The translations under genes and the position numbers were made by a program. A stretch of 64,000 nucleotides of DNA from Dudresnaya verticillata. Its lineage: Eukaryota. The stretch spans positions 2,418,001 to 2,482,000 of the forward strand of contig OZ374560.1 in the NCBI GenBank assembly GCA_977862235.1, in the 5' to 3' direction. Below the pieces are notes generated by a model that was given only the letters and a program-made list of their open reading frames with translations, did no database searches and was not told the DNA's origin. This document shows, piece after piece, positions 12,393-24,549 of this stretch (position 1 is the first letter of the stretch; every line of letters starts with the position of its first letter).

Positions 12393-13864
12393 TCATTTAC
12401 CCGCCATCATATCCAGCAATGGCGCACTCTGGACCACTTTTATCATCGTATCAGCTGGGTTCGAGGATCCCGAGATGTGTGCAATGTTGTCGATTTCTCT
12501 CCGCTTGTATGACTTCCTGATTGCAGCCATGACTACCATGAGTCGCCTTTCTGCGCTATCACTATTCCTTGTGACCATGTCAAGTAACCCTCTTGAGTCC
12601 GTCATCATAATCAGGGGGACTTTTTTCAAAACTATCTTTTCCAGGTCGTGCTTGATGATGAAGCCGGCATCGAATCCAGCTGTGAATGCCATAATTTCTC
12701 CAGCTAGTGAATAATGTGTTACTCTCCGGCATTTTCTGCTGCTGTACTCAATTAAGTTGGACCTTCCCTCTGCATCCACGAGTGCTACAATGAATCCAAC
12801 CTGCGAGGAATAGTCAGCGTTGTTTGCCAGGGCCACATCCGTTACTACTATTATTGCGATTGTGCTCATGTTTAGGGCAGGGAATACGATTCCCAACTGG
12901 GCGGACTTGCGTACATGCGCAATGACCTTGTTCGCCATCTTAATACTCTCCAAACAGAATTTCCCCTCCGTGACCTGTGCGAGCTTGGCGACTGCACAAG
13001 TAATTTCGGGTCTTGTATTTGTGAGCCATGCAAGCTTGGCACGTACAGACCTGAGCTCTTTGTAGGTAGAGTGCTTGCCGAGTTCGTGTATCTTCTTTGC
13101 ATAATCGGATTGAGTCAGCATGAAGCCTCCATCGGCTCTACGGTCAACGTGCACCCCTGCGAAGCCTATGTCCTTACGCTTCCGTTCCTTGCTTTTGAAG
13201 CGCACCATAGTCATCTTGGTGTGTTCAAAGAACTTGGAAGTTCCAGCCTGTAATGTATCGTCCACTACGGTTCCTGATAAGCCGACCAACTTTCCTTCCT
13301 CTCTTCTGAAGTAGAGGCTCAGGTCTCCTGCTGTCTGTTTCATGCCCAAATCGATTTCATGATGGCGGCTACTCGTCGTTCCCCAGTAATCTCCGCTGTC
13401 CGAAAGCCCATACAGCGGCTTCAGCAGTTTCAGGACTCGCCTTTCGGGAAACCGAGTTCAGCGGGCGGGCACCAATACACTTGTCTCTTCAGCGGGCTCT
13501 TGCTCTGTAGGTAAGCCTTACTGTCATGGGCCCACAGTTCGAATCCATGCATAGCCGCAGGCGAGACGATGGTCCTTATCGAGCGCTGATGCAATATTGT
13601 TGAGTCGTGTACAACGTTTTATTTCTCTCGGTCGGTGTGTCCCTGAACCACAAGCCTGGCCTTAGCCATCTCATCCTTCGTCCCCACGTTCTTTATTGCC
13701 AGAGCAAAACTAGAACCCATGAAGTTGGCCCCTTGGGGCATGGTGGACGCGTTAACGCGTTCCCATGTATTCATATTTTCCAATCCCTCTATCTCCAGAG
13801 ATCGGGCCTTCTCGAAGCGTTTCTCCTTGCTCCTTCTGTCTCCAAATGGAAAAACCTCTGTCAA
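12393..13864 (-). pseudogene. pol: Copia reverse transcriptase / RNase H, disrupted
   Basis: RT motifs KARLVVQGH, LYGLSDSGDYW and LSGTVVDD; RNase H motifs VTD..LAGE..MTDSR..NPAD. Frameshifts at ~13400-13620. Confidence 0.9.
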
Positions 13865-14122
13865 GTAGACCCACTGATCTCCTGCTGAGTCGTAACCTGC
13901 GTAAAATTCTTTATCGTACTGATTATCGCTGTATCCAGAGAAGTGCTGGTGGTAGTCTTGGTCTCCTTGAATGTCGTCGGGTTCGGATTCTGTATCGCTA
14001 TCTGAGATATTGTAGTTATCCTCATCTTGTTTTGCTGGTTCTGCCGGCTTTTCTTGCTGACTTTCCTTGCAGTTGGCTGTATAAAGTTTGACACTACTCG
14101 CATTAGACGCTTTGGGCTTACC

Positions 14123-15372
14123 TTACTCGTCGGAAATGGTCACGACCTTGCCCTCAATCTTAAGAACTTGGAATGGACCTGTCCAGGTGCTGTCACTTGG
14201 CTTCCCTCTTTTTCTCCAGACTAGCACTGGATCACCCTCGGTCAAAATGGCTTGAGCAGAGTGTGGCGCACGAGCGCGCAGCACTTTGCGAAGCCTCATC
14301 TTAGCTTTAATCGCTTCCATCTCGTGACATGCAGTCTGCATCATAGAGAGTCGCACGGCTTGATCTCTTGGGTTGCCGGTCGCGGCAGCCACGCGCGGGA
14401 TTGAACCGAAAACGAGCAAGCTAGGAACGAGTCCCTCGGGACCCATGGTGTCATTCATCGCTTTGTTAGCGAGGGCAAGTATGATATCTTTGGGGTTACC
14501 TGGGTGATCCATCTGTATTTTGCGATAAATCCGGCGTAGCGGGTCGTGATACCGCTCTCCAACGCCCATTGAGTTACTGCTTTCAACTGGGCGACCTCTA
14601 CTGCCACACCTGCTGTAGCAGTACGCTCGTTCCAGTGCCTGCTTGTGAATACTGAGCCCGAATCAGTTCGCATGATGTCCGGATACCCGGTGTAGGTTAC
14701 GACCCAGCACAGCAAGAATGTTGACCACACTTCTTCCGCTGATTTGCCGAGAAGAAATCTTGCTGCAGAGTAGTGAGTGTCGACATCTATAATGTACAGC
14801 AACGGATCCCCTAGTATCCACATGAGGTCCATGACGATAGCGCGGTTGAAAACAACTCCTTCAGGGATTGAGGCATAGAATCGCATTGGTTTCGGAGTGT
14901 GATACTGACATGTACGGCACTTCTCTGAAATGTCCTTCAGTATATTTCTCACCTCAGGTGTAGCGTCTTCCGGCTTCGCCCTTTTAATGAGGTTAAAGCG
15001 ATTCTCAGCGGAGGGATGATAGAACCCTTGGTGTATCTTCCGGAGCTCTTCGATCGTGAACAGCACTTCTTTCTCCCAGTAGTAGTACATATGGCCACTG
15101 AGACGTTTTAGGGGTATGCTCCATCCTGCCTTGTCACGAACCAGAAGGTTCTTGACATTGTTAATATAGAGACCGTATTCGTCCAAGGCGTCCAAACCGA
15201 TGAGAAGGGGAATGTTCGCGCTGACCACGTCGACTCGTATTTCAAGGTAAGCAGTGGGTGGCACAGGCAGCCTCACGGTGATGCGCCCTAGGCTCTTTTT
15301 GCCTTGTGGCCCCAAATCGGAAAATCCGTTCTGAGGGCTTCGGTTTTTACTTGCTCCCGACGAAGCTCGCAT
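14123..15372 (-). pseudogene. pol: Copia protease C-terminus / integrase, frameshifted
   Basis: HHCC (HQGFYH..CRTC), MDLMW, RTDSG and GERYH catalytic motifs across ORFs 14455-15372 and 14123-14569. Confidence 0.9.
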
Positions 15373-16300
15373 ATGCCTTTGCTTGTTTTAACCCGCATAC
15401 AGACGTTGATGCGTCTGTATCGAGGCAGACGCCTTCAAACGGCTGCAGACCCACTTCTGTGCTGTTATGCACTGATAGTATTGGAACTTTCTCGGGTATC
15501 CTTGCACAGTCATCTAGCCCACTTGTAACCATTCCATTCTGTTGGGCAACTCTGTTACCGTTTGTCTTTCCTTTGAGTTGAGTGATATTCGGGACTGGAT
15601 ATGGAGTGCTGCCCACGAGGTTGATGCAGAATTGCTCCGCAAAATCTTCTCCCGAAGACCTGCATGCATCTTCGCTAGTGCTATCTTGATCTGCATCTGT
15701 ATCACCACTCTTGAAGCGAATATTCCCTTTACTTTCATCGGAGCTGTACTCGGGGCGCTCTTTGTCAACCTCACCCAGTGTCCTCGCCCAGTCTTCCCCA
15801 TACTGAATCGCAAGCTCACCAACGAGTTTCCCCATTTCATCCACTGTTGCGGTTTCATGTATTGCTTTGAATTCTCTCTTGCTCTTGTCGGCAAAACGTT
15901 TTTTGCGTTTGCACTTGGGGCAATATACGCGCCTAAAACCGCGCTCGCCACAGCCATAACAGCTACCTTGGAAAGGTTTCGCCTCTCGCTGTGCGTATGG
16001 CTTATGCTTCGCGTTTTCTTTTCCTCTTCCGTACGTGTCGCCGTAGTAAACATGGCCTCCCAGAGGCTTATCTCCAACGCGGCTACGGTGCTTGAATTTG
16101 TCCTTGCTGTCATGTAGTTCTCTGCTGCGGTCCTCCTCGATGGCTTGGCATCTCAGGGTTGCGTACAGTCTCGCGAAGTCAAGCTCATGTGCGCGTGCAT
16201 TAGTGGGGCGCGTCCACTTGTAGCTGCGTACTGCGTTTTTGAGCAAACGTCTCTGGTCTTCATCTGTCTGCCTCTCGCGGGTGACTAAGTTCACGTGTTT
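15347..16300 (-). pseudogene. gag: Copia gag C-terminus (Zn knuckle) and protease start
   Basis: Degenerate knuckle CYGCGERGFRRVYC and protease-like CLDTDAS. Joins in frame to 28318-29122 once Gypsy-1 is removed (..RDAIV|KHVNL..). Confidence 0.8.
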
Positions 16301-16305
16301 AACTA

Positions 16306-17140
16306 TGTCGTGCAAACGTCGTATCCAAGACGAAGAACGCCTCCGGGCCGTTCGGGAGCCCGGTGGGTAGCCGCTAGTAGCGAACGGGGTAGAGCGGGTA
16401 GAACACGCCTAGGGCGGACTGTAAACACCCAGGGCGAGCGGACGAAGGGGCAAAGAAACCCAAAAGGAAACACGTTAACAACGAGTTGAAACGTGGAAAC
16501 ACGGATGGGTAGACGCTTATGCCTTCGAGCAGCGGTAGGGTGCGCGCTGACGCGAAGGGGAAGTCCAGACTCAAACCGGCTTGCCGGGGCTTTACTGTTA
16601 CGTCCTGGACGAGGTACTAAGTAGTACTATAGCGCCGCAATACGGCGGCTGCATGACGTAGTGCGCGGGGTCTCGGGACGCGTGTCGCGTGGAGGTGCGT
16701 CTGACACGTCCCGGGATCATGCAGCCGCTGTGCGCGGGCGCGTATGTCTCACGGAGGCGTACCCGCACTCTGCTGTAAGCGATCCGGATTCGGATCGTGA
16801 TTGACACGTATTACAGGCGCCTTCCCTTACAGAGGATCCCGATGTCGGATCCGGATGTCGGATCCGGATTCGATCGGGATCCGGGCCAATCTGACAGTCG
16901 ACTCCCTTACACCTCGTTGATCCCGATGCATCATCCGGATCCGCTCTGCAGCGTTGCCCCGTACAGTGCGTCGGGCGTGCGCTGCGCTGGGTGGCGGTGC
17001 CCGCGCGTCCGTGGGCCAATCGTCGATGACGTGTTCGCGCCAACGGCGAATGAGCCGTTTCAGAGGCGACCGTCCGTCGGTCGACGAGTTTATCAGCGCC
17101 CGTGGCGAGGAAATAAAAGCCCGGTCCCCCGTGCGCCACA
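16306..17140 (-). repeat. Gypsy-1 3' LTR
   Basis: TG...CA; near-identical to 27478-28312. Confidence 0.97.
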
Positions 17141-17459
17141 CGACCCCCCGCTTAGACGCGAACACATCCATCGACCCGGTCGTTGCTTCAACCTTCGCGC
17201 TTGCGTTCTCTCGGCGTTGCCGTTTGGTGATCAATCGTCTACGCCCAGAGCGGTCGTCCCGCTTTCAGCGTGCTAGCGTTCAAGTCCATTCTGCGCCCGC
17301 GGCGTGTGTGGTTGTATCGGGGTCGTCAGCTTTCGTCGTTGACGTTTGGCGAGCTTCGTCCATGGCGCGCGTGTTCTCTCCTCGTCGACGACGTTGTTGC
17401 ACTGTGCGGTAAGTCCCTTATCGTCAGTGACGTACGCTCAAGTTCCCGTCGTTGACGCA

Positions 17460-19673
17460 ATGCCTGAGTATGATGGGGCGCAGATTGCGCCCCCTTCATC
17501 GATGCCGGTGTACCCGTCGCTGCACGACTTTGTCGGAAGGAATCCGCGTCACCACGCGCGCCTCTTCGCGAGGGCGCCGTGGTTCGACCCAGCCGCGTTA
17601 CGAAACGAAGCGCTAATTGCTCATTACGCCATTGGCGATATGTTGCCGGGGTAACTCCCCCTGGCTGTCGTCTATTCGACGGAGTGGCGAACGCGTTGCG
17701 CGATTCCGAAAGAGTGGGTGTATGCGCGCCAGGGCCAGTCGCGTGAAGATGCGCATGCCCAATTCGTCGTTGACGTATATGGTCGCTTTGCTCGGTTCCC
17801 GGGGACCGACTTGGTCCCGTTGTCGTTGGGACTCGACGCGGCATTCTTCCGCACACACGGCGAAGCCGGTTATGGATACCGTCTGGCAGAATTTCCGTTG
17901 ACGCACATTACGCCTTCATTGGACGCTCGCGTCCGGGACGATGTTCTGGTGATGGGTGTGCGCTTAAGAGCGGAATTTCGCTACTCCCACCGAGCGGGCA
18001 CCTTCTTCTGGGAGAGGTGCATTCGCTGGGAGTGTGAGTCCCGGCGCCGCAAGGGCGTGTTGGTTCCGTATCAGGATACGCAAATCGATCGCTTGGAGCG
18101 TACAAAGGCTTCGAACTGTTTCGTCAAGTTGCCGCCACAGTGGCGTGAGATGGAAGTGTGCGAGAGTTTCGCGGCAGAGTTGCCTCCGTGTGTCACGTAT
18201 CTGAGTTCTGAGCTTGTCGTGAACGCGTATTCGCGGTGGTGGATCGTCTTCCAGACGGAATGGGTTGCCAATATCGCTTATGCGTGGTTGTGGGAGGTGT
18301 ACGATACCTTTCGGATGTACTACCTCCCACCACGTATCGTAGCGTTTTTTAACGACTTGGACCTCACCGAGACGCTCGGTGGTCAGCGGAACCTCCGCGA
18401 GTTCTGGGACTTACGCCAAGTGGCGAGCGAGATCGACTGGGATAACCCCATGATCGTCCCTCTGGGAAACAGTCGCCGAAAGGCGCGTCGTCCGCGTTTC
18501 GCGATGAGCCGCAACCATCACGCCTGTGGCGACTGGACTTGGTACAATCCTTGGACCAAACGTCGAACGACGGAAAGCATTGCTGAACGTCATCGACGTA
18601 CTGACCGGTTTGTGCCGTCGGGCCACCCTCGTGGGCTACTGCCCTCGTGCGACTTTGTCGGAGATTTTCCTCCTCACTTGGCGGCGTTAACAGCCGAGGA
18701 GGACGCCTTTCACGCTGCTAGCGATGGGGTGCACACGTCTGGGACGGGCTTCGCGACGCCTATGGCGGTTGAGCCGTCAGCTTCTGCTGCAGAATCGCCT
18801 GTGGCGTCGGATGTAGTAACTGCGGCTGGGCCGTCTCCTACGCCAGTGGCGGTTGCTCCCAACAAGGGGAACGTAGCCGTCGCGGACGATGATGGTGACG
18901 CGGTCATGGCTGCCCCGGTGCAAGCACCAGTGGTCGTTGCAGGGGCGTCGTCGTCAGCTCCAAACGTCCAAGACGGTGTTACAGTACCTTCGGCGGTGCC
19001 GACTTGGAACGCCACGCAGCGCGATGTGGTCCTTTCGCTCCTGCGGGCCGCCGGCGTTGAGCCTAGCGACCCGAGCGGCTCGCCCTCGGATTGGTGGGCT
19101 CGCGTCTTGGCGACGGTTCCAACGCCGGCTGTAACGCCTGCGCGAGAGCCAGCAACTCTTCCGGTTGCGGCGCCGAGTGGCGTGACCACCGTGGGATCTT
19201 CGTCCAAGACGATGCCTTCAAATGGCGAAGCGCCTACAGCGAGTAGAGTCATTCCAACGTCATCGACGGCGGGAGTACTCGTAGCGCCTAAGGCGGCTGT
19301 CGCGCATCCTGCGCCGAAGGCGGTTAACATCCCGCGGGCGCTTGGGGCGAAGTACAAAGATGCCCTGTTGACGCCTAAGGCGATTGCATTGCGCTCGACG
19401 CCGGTGGCGGAAAAGACTTCGCAGTCGCCGAAGCCGGCGGCTGCGACAGTCGTTCATGCGCCCGAGGCGACTAGCCAGCTCGATGCTACGCCTAAGGCGC
19501 AAGTGGACGCCGTGACTAAGGCGGTGACAGTGGCCGGCGCCCCACTGGTCGCAACCACGCCGCTTGGTCCAGCTCCTACGTCTCCGACGGATGATGATGG
19601 CTATGAAGCGGCGCTTCGCGAGTCCGCCGAGGGCGATAATGCCGGCGCCTTAGGCTCGTCGAAGGCGGCTTAG
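17460..19673 (+). CDS. Antisense extra ORF of Gypsy-1, unknown function (one in-frame TAA at 17652)
   Basis: A 651-aa ORF (17718-19673) in frame with an upstream ATG at 17460. Aromatic-rich globular N-terminal half and Ala/Pro/Thr/Ser-rich tail. Confidence 0.7.
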
Positions 19674-20939
19674 GGTGACGACTGACTTCTCGTCTTTGAC
19701 GGCTTAGCGGACACGAGGGTGGGTGCCGTGGGCTTAGTCGCTCCTCGTGGAGTGACTCAAGCGGAGAGAACAGGCGTCTAGTGACGAGGACGGTGGCGTT
19801 AACGTAGCCACATAGTTAGCGTACGTAGTAGAAGCGATGGTATCGAACGCATATGCGTATTAAACGCCTTTGTTACTTTCGCATGTTGCCTTGCTGATCC
19901 TCTCCTTGGTGCGAGCCCTACGCCGTGGCTTGCGTCCGCTGTTGGGTACCCACTTGAGCGTTCGAGACGTTGAGGGCGTACCGCGTGTGCGTCGTATTCT
20001 TCGCATCGCTCGTCCTTGACGTATCCGTGTCCGAGGTGGTGGCGCACGGTGGCGCACGTGGGTTGTTGTTGTAGATCGCCACCCGCGTTGAAGTTCCGCG
20101 ACTCGTCTTCGACGCTAGTTGCGGCGCGCACAGCCGGCCTCTCTAATCGCATTTGGCGTGTTGCAGCGAAACCTGGGCGCGGGTCGGGTCGTCGTCGATG
20201 GAGGGACTTGTCCATTCGTCTTGGACGTGGTAACTGGAGGTGGCGTGCGTCGAGCGTTGCGAGACGCCGTCGCGCGTCGTTTGAAGACACCGATAGTTAG
20301 TCGCCGGCGGCGCTTTCGCTCAGCCATCTCCATTTTGGCTCGTCCTCGACGCTGTCACCACGTGCTTGCTACGGCCCCGGTGCAGAGGCGTCGCCCGTTG
20401 TTCATAGGGTGCGGTTATTTTCCTCCTCGCCTCGGAAGTGACGCGTCGTGTACGGATATCGTAACTACGGTCATTCCCGTCTGCGACGTTCTCGCATTAG
20501 GGTCTCGTGTTACTGCGTTAGCCCCTTCTTGCGTAGCGATTACGTTTCCATTTCTTTCCTCGACGCCGTCCGCCGGGCGTGTGGTGTGGCGCCCCTCTGT
20601 TGGTAGCGGCGCGTAATCGTGGGGACGCCGACGAAGGCGGTCGTCGTGGGTCGCGTGGACAGGGTAGTCGTCCGAGGCGGTAGTAGTGAGACTTCCCTTC
20701 GCGGCGACACTTGGCTGCTCGCCAGACGCCTGTGGCGAATAATTATTTTTGTTGTTTTTCTTGTATTTTCCCGTACGCTATTGCCCAGGGTCAATGATTA
20801 TCATTTGTGTGGTGCTAGCGTGTCGGTTCATCGAGGCTGACAGTTCCGTTGTGGGGTGTGTGTATGAAGATCCACTTTGAGCGCGCGTTCGCCTTTGGCG
20901 TTCCAGGACGTTAGTCCGTTCGTGATCGGTCGGGGCGTG

Positions 20940-21140
20940 TTACCCTAAACGAGCGTCGTCGATATTCGGTGGAAGGTCCGTTCGCTTTTGGCGGTGGTAC
21001 CGCACGATATGCGAACGGGGCAGATTCGACACCGGTTCCCACGTGTTCGCTGTGGGGGCGTACCCAAACCACTTCACGAAGTAGAGGATCTCCCCGTCCT
21101 CCGCGAACGCGTGCTTCTCGATCCGGTCGATGACATACTC
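20940..21140 (-). CDS. Chromodomain at the end of Gypsy-1 integrase
   Basis: EYVIDRIEKH..YFVKWFGYAPTANTWEPVSNL. Confidence 0.9.
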   Translation of the reverse strand, partial: EYVIDRIEKHAFAEDGEILYFVKWFGYAPTANTWEPVSNLPRSHIVRYHRQKRTDLPPNIDDARLG

Positions 21141-21954
21141 CCCTTCGCTGCCAGCGACTGGTTGTACTTTTCGCCTTGGGCGGGTCCTTCGGCTGCTTCG
21201 GTCCTCCGCCGTGGTCGTCCAACGGTCCTGGAAAGCGTACTCGACGCGAGGATCGCCGTGGGCGGGTAGCATCCCGTATAGCCGAACGTTCGCCTTCGGC
21301 GGGAGATGCGCTTGCGTCTGGCGTTTGCGGTGCCGGCATGGTCGAGGATTGTCCTTCGCTCCTTAGCGTAGCCTTGGTTACGTCGGCGGCGTCCTTAATC
21401 GGGTCAGCCGACGGCGTGGCCGGAGTATGCCTGGCGGCGTCGAGTCGGGTGCGGACGCTTTGCGGTTGATCGGCGTCTGAGACGGACTGCGATGACTCAC
21501 TACCGGTTCCGGCCGCGAACGGAGCCAACTCGGCCAGGTCGCGAACGGACGCCTGCGGCGAACGGTCACCACGCGTCTGTTGACCACTCCCATTTGGGAT
21601 TGGCGCTACAGCGACGTTCGTCTCGTCGTTGACGACCCCTTGGTTTGGCGGCGCCCCATTAGACGGCGGACCCACAGTCGGGGGTGTGTTGATTGCGACG
21701 TGACCCGGAGGGGTCGGCGCCCAAACCACGCGGTCCCTTGACAAACGTTCGCGTTCGTTACGTCCTTTTTCGACGGTAATCGTACCGTCTTCGACGCTGA
21801 TCACTCAGTAGGGCCCGTCCGCCACCGGCGCCAACTTGTGTTTGCGCTCCGCTTGATCCCTGGAGGTGCCTCTGGCGAAATATTCCTTGCGTACAAATAC
21901 AAAGTCTCCTGCGACAATTTTCTCGGCGCACTTCCGTAGTCGGGCGTCGACGTT

Positions 21955-24549
21955 TCACTTGTAGCGGGCTTGCGTTTGCGCTAAGGTCGCTGTCGCGATA
22001 CTCATCAAGGCGGTTAGCCATGCCCTCCACTTCTTGTAGTACTGGCCACCCGTGGGGACGCTTTCCAGCGACGGTTCCGCTTGGAGCGACAGCGGGAGTG
22101 GCGGCCGAGAGAGTACCAACTCGAACGGCGATAACTGTGTGGACGAGTGAACCTGCGTATTATAACCAAAGATCAAAGCGTCTGTGAACATATCCCAATC
22201 GCGAGGGTGGTCAGCCACGTAATGACGCAATGATGCGAGTATCGTTCGGTTAAACCGTTCTACCTGTCCATTACACTGCGGGTGATACGTCGTGGTGAAG
22301 CGATTCTCGACACCCAGTAGACGACAGACGTCCTGAAATAATTTGGCGACAAACTGCGGCCCATTGTCTGACAATAAGCGCTTGGGTGGGCCATACACGA
22401 ATACCCAATGTCGAACGAACGCTTTTGTGATTTCTAGAGCCGTAATTGTACGCAGAGGTACCGTCCTGACCAGCTTCGAAAAGCGGTCGACGATCACAAG
22501 GAGGAACTTGTTTCCCCGTTTTGTACGTATGAGTTCTCCAAGTATATCGATACAAACGAACTCTAGCGGCTCGGTAGCTGGGAACAGCTTCATCTCTTTC
22601 ACGTTCTTCCGTAGCAGGACGCGGTTCTTCGCGCAAGTAACGCAGTTGCGAACAGTTGCGTAACAGTCTACCGTCATGGACGGCCAGTAGAATTCGCGTC
22701 GGAGCGTCTGATACAACTTCCTTCCTCCTCCGGGGTGTGCCGCTAAATTAGCGTAATGCCTGAGGTGCAGGAGGCGTGCGCGTAACGCGAATGGCACAGC
22801 AGTTTGTGGCCGGACCTCTACGGTTCGTATGAGTCGCCCTTGCTCGTCCATCGCGAACGGTATCGACTTTCCGTCATCGAGACGCTTCCGAATTCCAGTA
22901 CAGTACTCGTCGTTGGCCTGCGCGTGGATCAGCTCTTCGTGCGTTACCTGACGTAAGAGCACTTCCTCCGGTGAAGGCGTGTTGGCAACGAGTAGTCGGT
23001 CGAATTCTTCGAACTCCCTTTCCACGAAGTCGACTTCGCCTTCGGCGCTGATCACCCCGTCGGTTGACGCCTGATGTCCGTCCTCGACGTGTTCCCCATG
23101 GTAGCACGGGACATCGTCGTCGATCGGTTCAACCGTCTCTCCATTCGTCTGTAGACGTGAGAGGGTGTCGGCCTGGGTGTTCAAATAACCCTTTTTGTAC
23201 TTAACGACGAAGTCGAACTCGGACAGACGCAGTCGCCATCTCATCAGACGTCCCGAGGGGTCACTGATTTCCATCAGCCACCTCAGCGACGAGTGGTCCG
23301 TGTGTATGGTAAACGACTCCATCTGGAGATATGGACGCAGCGTTGTAACGGACCACACTACTGCCAGGCATTCCTTCTCAGAGACAAAATAATTACGCTC
23401 GGGAGCGGTGAGGGAACGCGACCAGAAACCGAGTGGCTTCCGCTCCCCATTGGGTTGCGTCTGGAAGAGAGCGCACCCGACTTGATAGTCACTGGCGTCG
23501 CAATCGACGGAGTATTGCAAGCCTGGCTGTGGTAACGCCAATACCGGCGGACTGGTTACGGCTTTGACGAGAGTGTCGAACGCGGCCGCTTGCACTTCGT
23601 CGAATGACGGTAGTGTGAACTCTTGCTCCTTTCGGAGCAACTTATTGAGGGGCGCCGCGACATGCGCGTAACGCGACACGAATCGTCTATAGACGTTACA
23701 TAAACCAAGGAAGCTGCGTAGCTCCTTTTGGTCCCGCGGGTGCTTGGCTTCGCGCAAGGCGGTGGTAACCGTCCGGTCGACTTCCAATCGTCCTGGACGT
23801 ATCACGTGCCCCAGGTAATTGACAGTCGGGGTGAAGAAGTCACACTTGGCCAACTTCAAAGTCACCCCGGCTCGGTGGAGAGTTGAAAGAATCTCGTCAA
23901 CGTGACGGAAGTGCGTGTCAACGTCCTTTGAAAAGATAATGACGCCGTCCAAATAGACGAGGCACGAACGCCACTTATACCCAGCGAGTAATATGTCGAG
24001 AGTTCTTTGGAACGTGGCCGGGGCGTTGGTCAGTCCGAAAGGCATACGCTTATAGCGGAAGAGACCGGCGTGGCACGTGAAGGCTGTCTTGTCGCGATCC
24101 CGCGGAGCAATTGGCACTTGCCAGTATCCACTATTACAGTCTAGGGTGGTGAAGACGTTGGCATCCCCTAGACTGTCGATGCATTCTTCAATCCGTGGTA
24201 ACGGGTACGTATCCCGCACGGTTACTGCGTTCAGTCGACGATAATCAACGCAAAAGCGAAGAGTCCCGTCCTTCTTCGGGGCGAAGACGACCGGCGACGC
24301 CCAAGGCGATTGTGCGGGTTCGATAACCCCTTGACGCAACATGCGATCGACCTCCGCTTGAGCGAGCTGCCGTTGTTTCGGGCCAGCGCGATACGTCGGT
24401 GAAGAGATCGGGCGGGAGCCGGGGAGTAAGTCGATATAATGCTCCGTGGTTGCTATTTCCCCCAACGAGCCGTCCCACATTGACGAATAGCGGCGCAGCA
24501 TTTCCTTCAACCGGCCCTGATGCTCAGCGGACAGGTGACTCAAGTCCAA
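21955..24549 (-). CDS. pol: Gypsy-1 pol (RT-RNase H-integrase), lightly damaged
   Basis: RFCVDYRRLN, MPFGLTNAPATFQR, YLDG (normally YLDD), DASD, integrase HHCC and D-D-E. Frameshifted at both ends. Confidence 0.95.
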   Translation of the reverse strand: MDLSHLSAEHQGRLKEMLRRYSSMWDGSLGEIATTEHYIDLLPGSRPISSPTYRAGPKQRQLAQAEVDRMLRQGVIEPAQSPWASPVVFAPKKDGTLRFCVDYRRLNAVTVRDTYPLPRIEECIDSLGDANVFTTLDCNSGYWQVPIAPRDRDKTAFTCHAGLFRYKRMPFGLTNAPATFQRTLDILLAGYKWRSCLVYLDGVIIFSKDVDTHFRHVDEILSTLHRAGVTLKLAKCDFFTPTVNYLGHVIRPGRLEVDRTVTTALREAKHPRDQKELRSFLGLCNVYRRFVSRYAHVAAPLNKLLRKEQEFTLPSFDEVQAAAFDTLVKAVTSPPVLALPQPGLQYSVDCDASDYQVGCALFQTQPNGERKPLGFWSRSLTAPERNYFVSEKECLAVVWSVTTLRPYLQMESFTIHTDHSSLRWLMEISDPSGRLMRWRLRLSEFDFVVKYKKGYLNTQADTLSRLQTNGETVEPIDDDVPCYHGEHVEDGHQASTDGVISAEGEVDFVEREFEEFDRLLVANTPSPEEVLLRQVTHEELIHAQANDEYCTGIRKRLDDGKSIPFAMDEQGRLIRTVEVRPQTAVPFALRARLLHLRHYANLAAHPGGGRKLYQTLRREFYWPSMTVDCYATVRNCVTCAKNRVLLRKNVKEMKLFPATEPLEFVCIDILGELIRTKRGNKFLLVIVDRFSKLVRTVPLRTITALEITKAFVRHWVFVYGPPKRLLSDNGPQFVAKLFQDVCRLLGVENRFTTTYHPQCNGQVERFNRTILASLRHYVADHPRDWDMFTDALIFGYNTQVHSSTQLSPFELVLSRPPLPLSLQAEPSLESVPTGGQYYKKWRAWLTALMSIATATLAQTQARYK

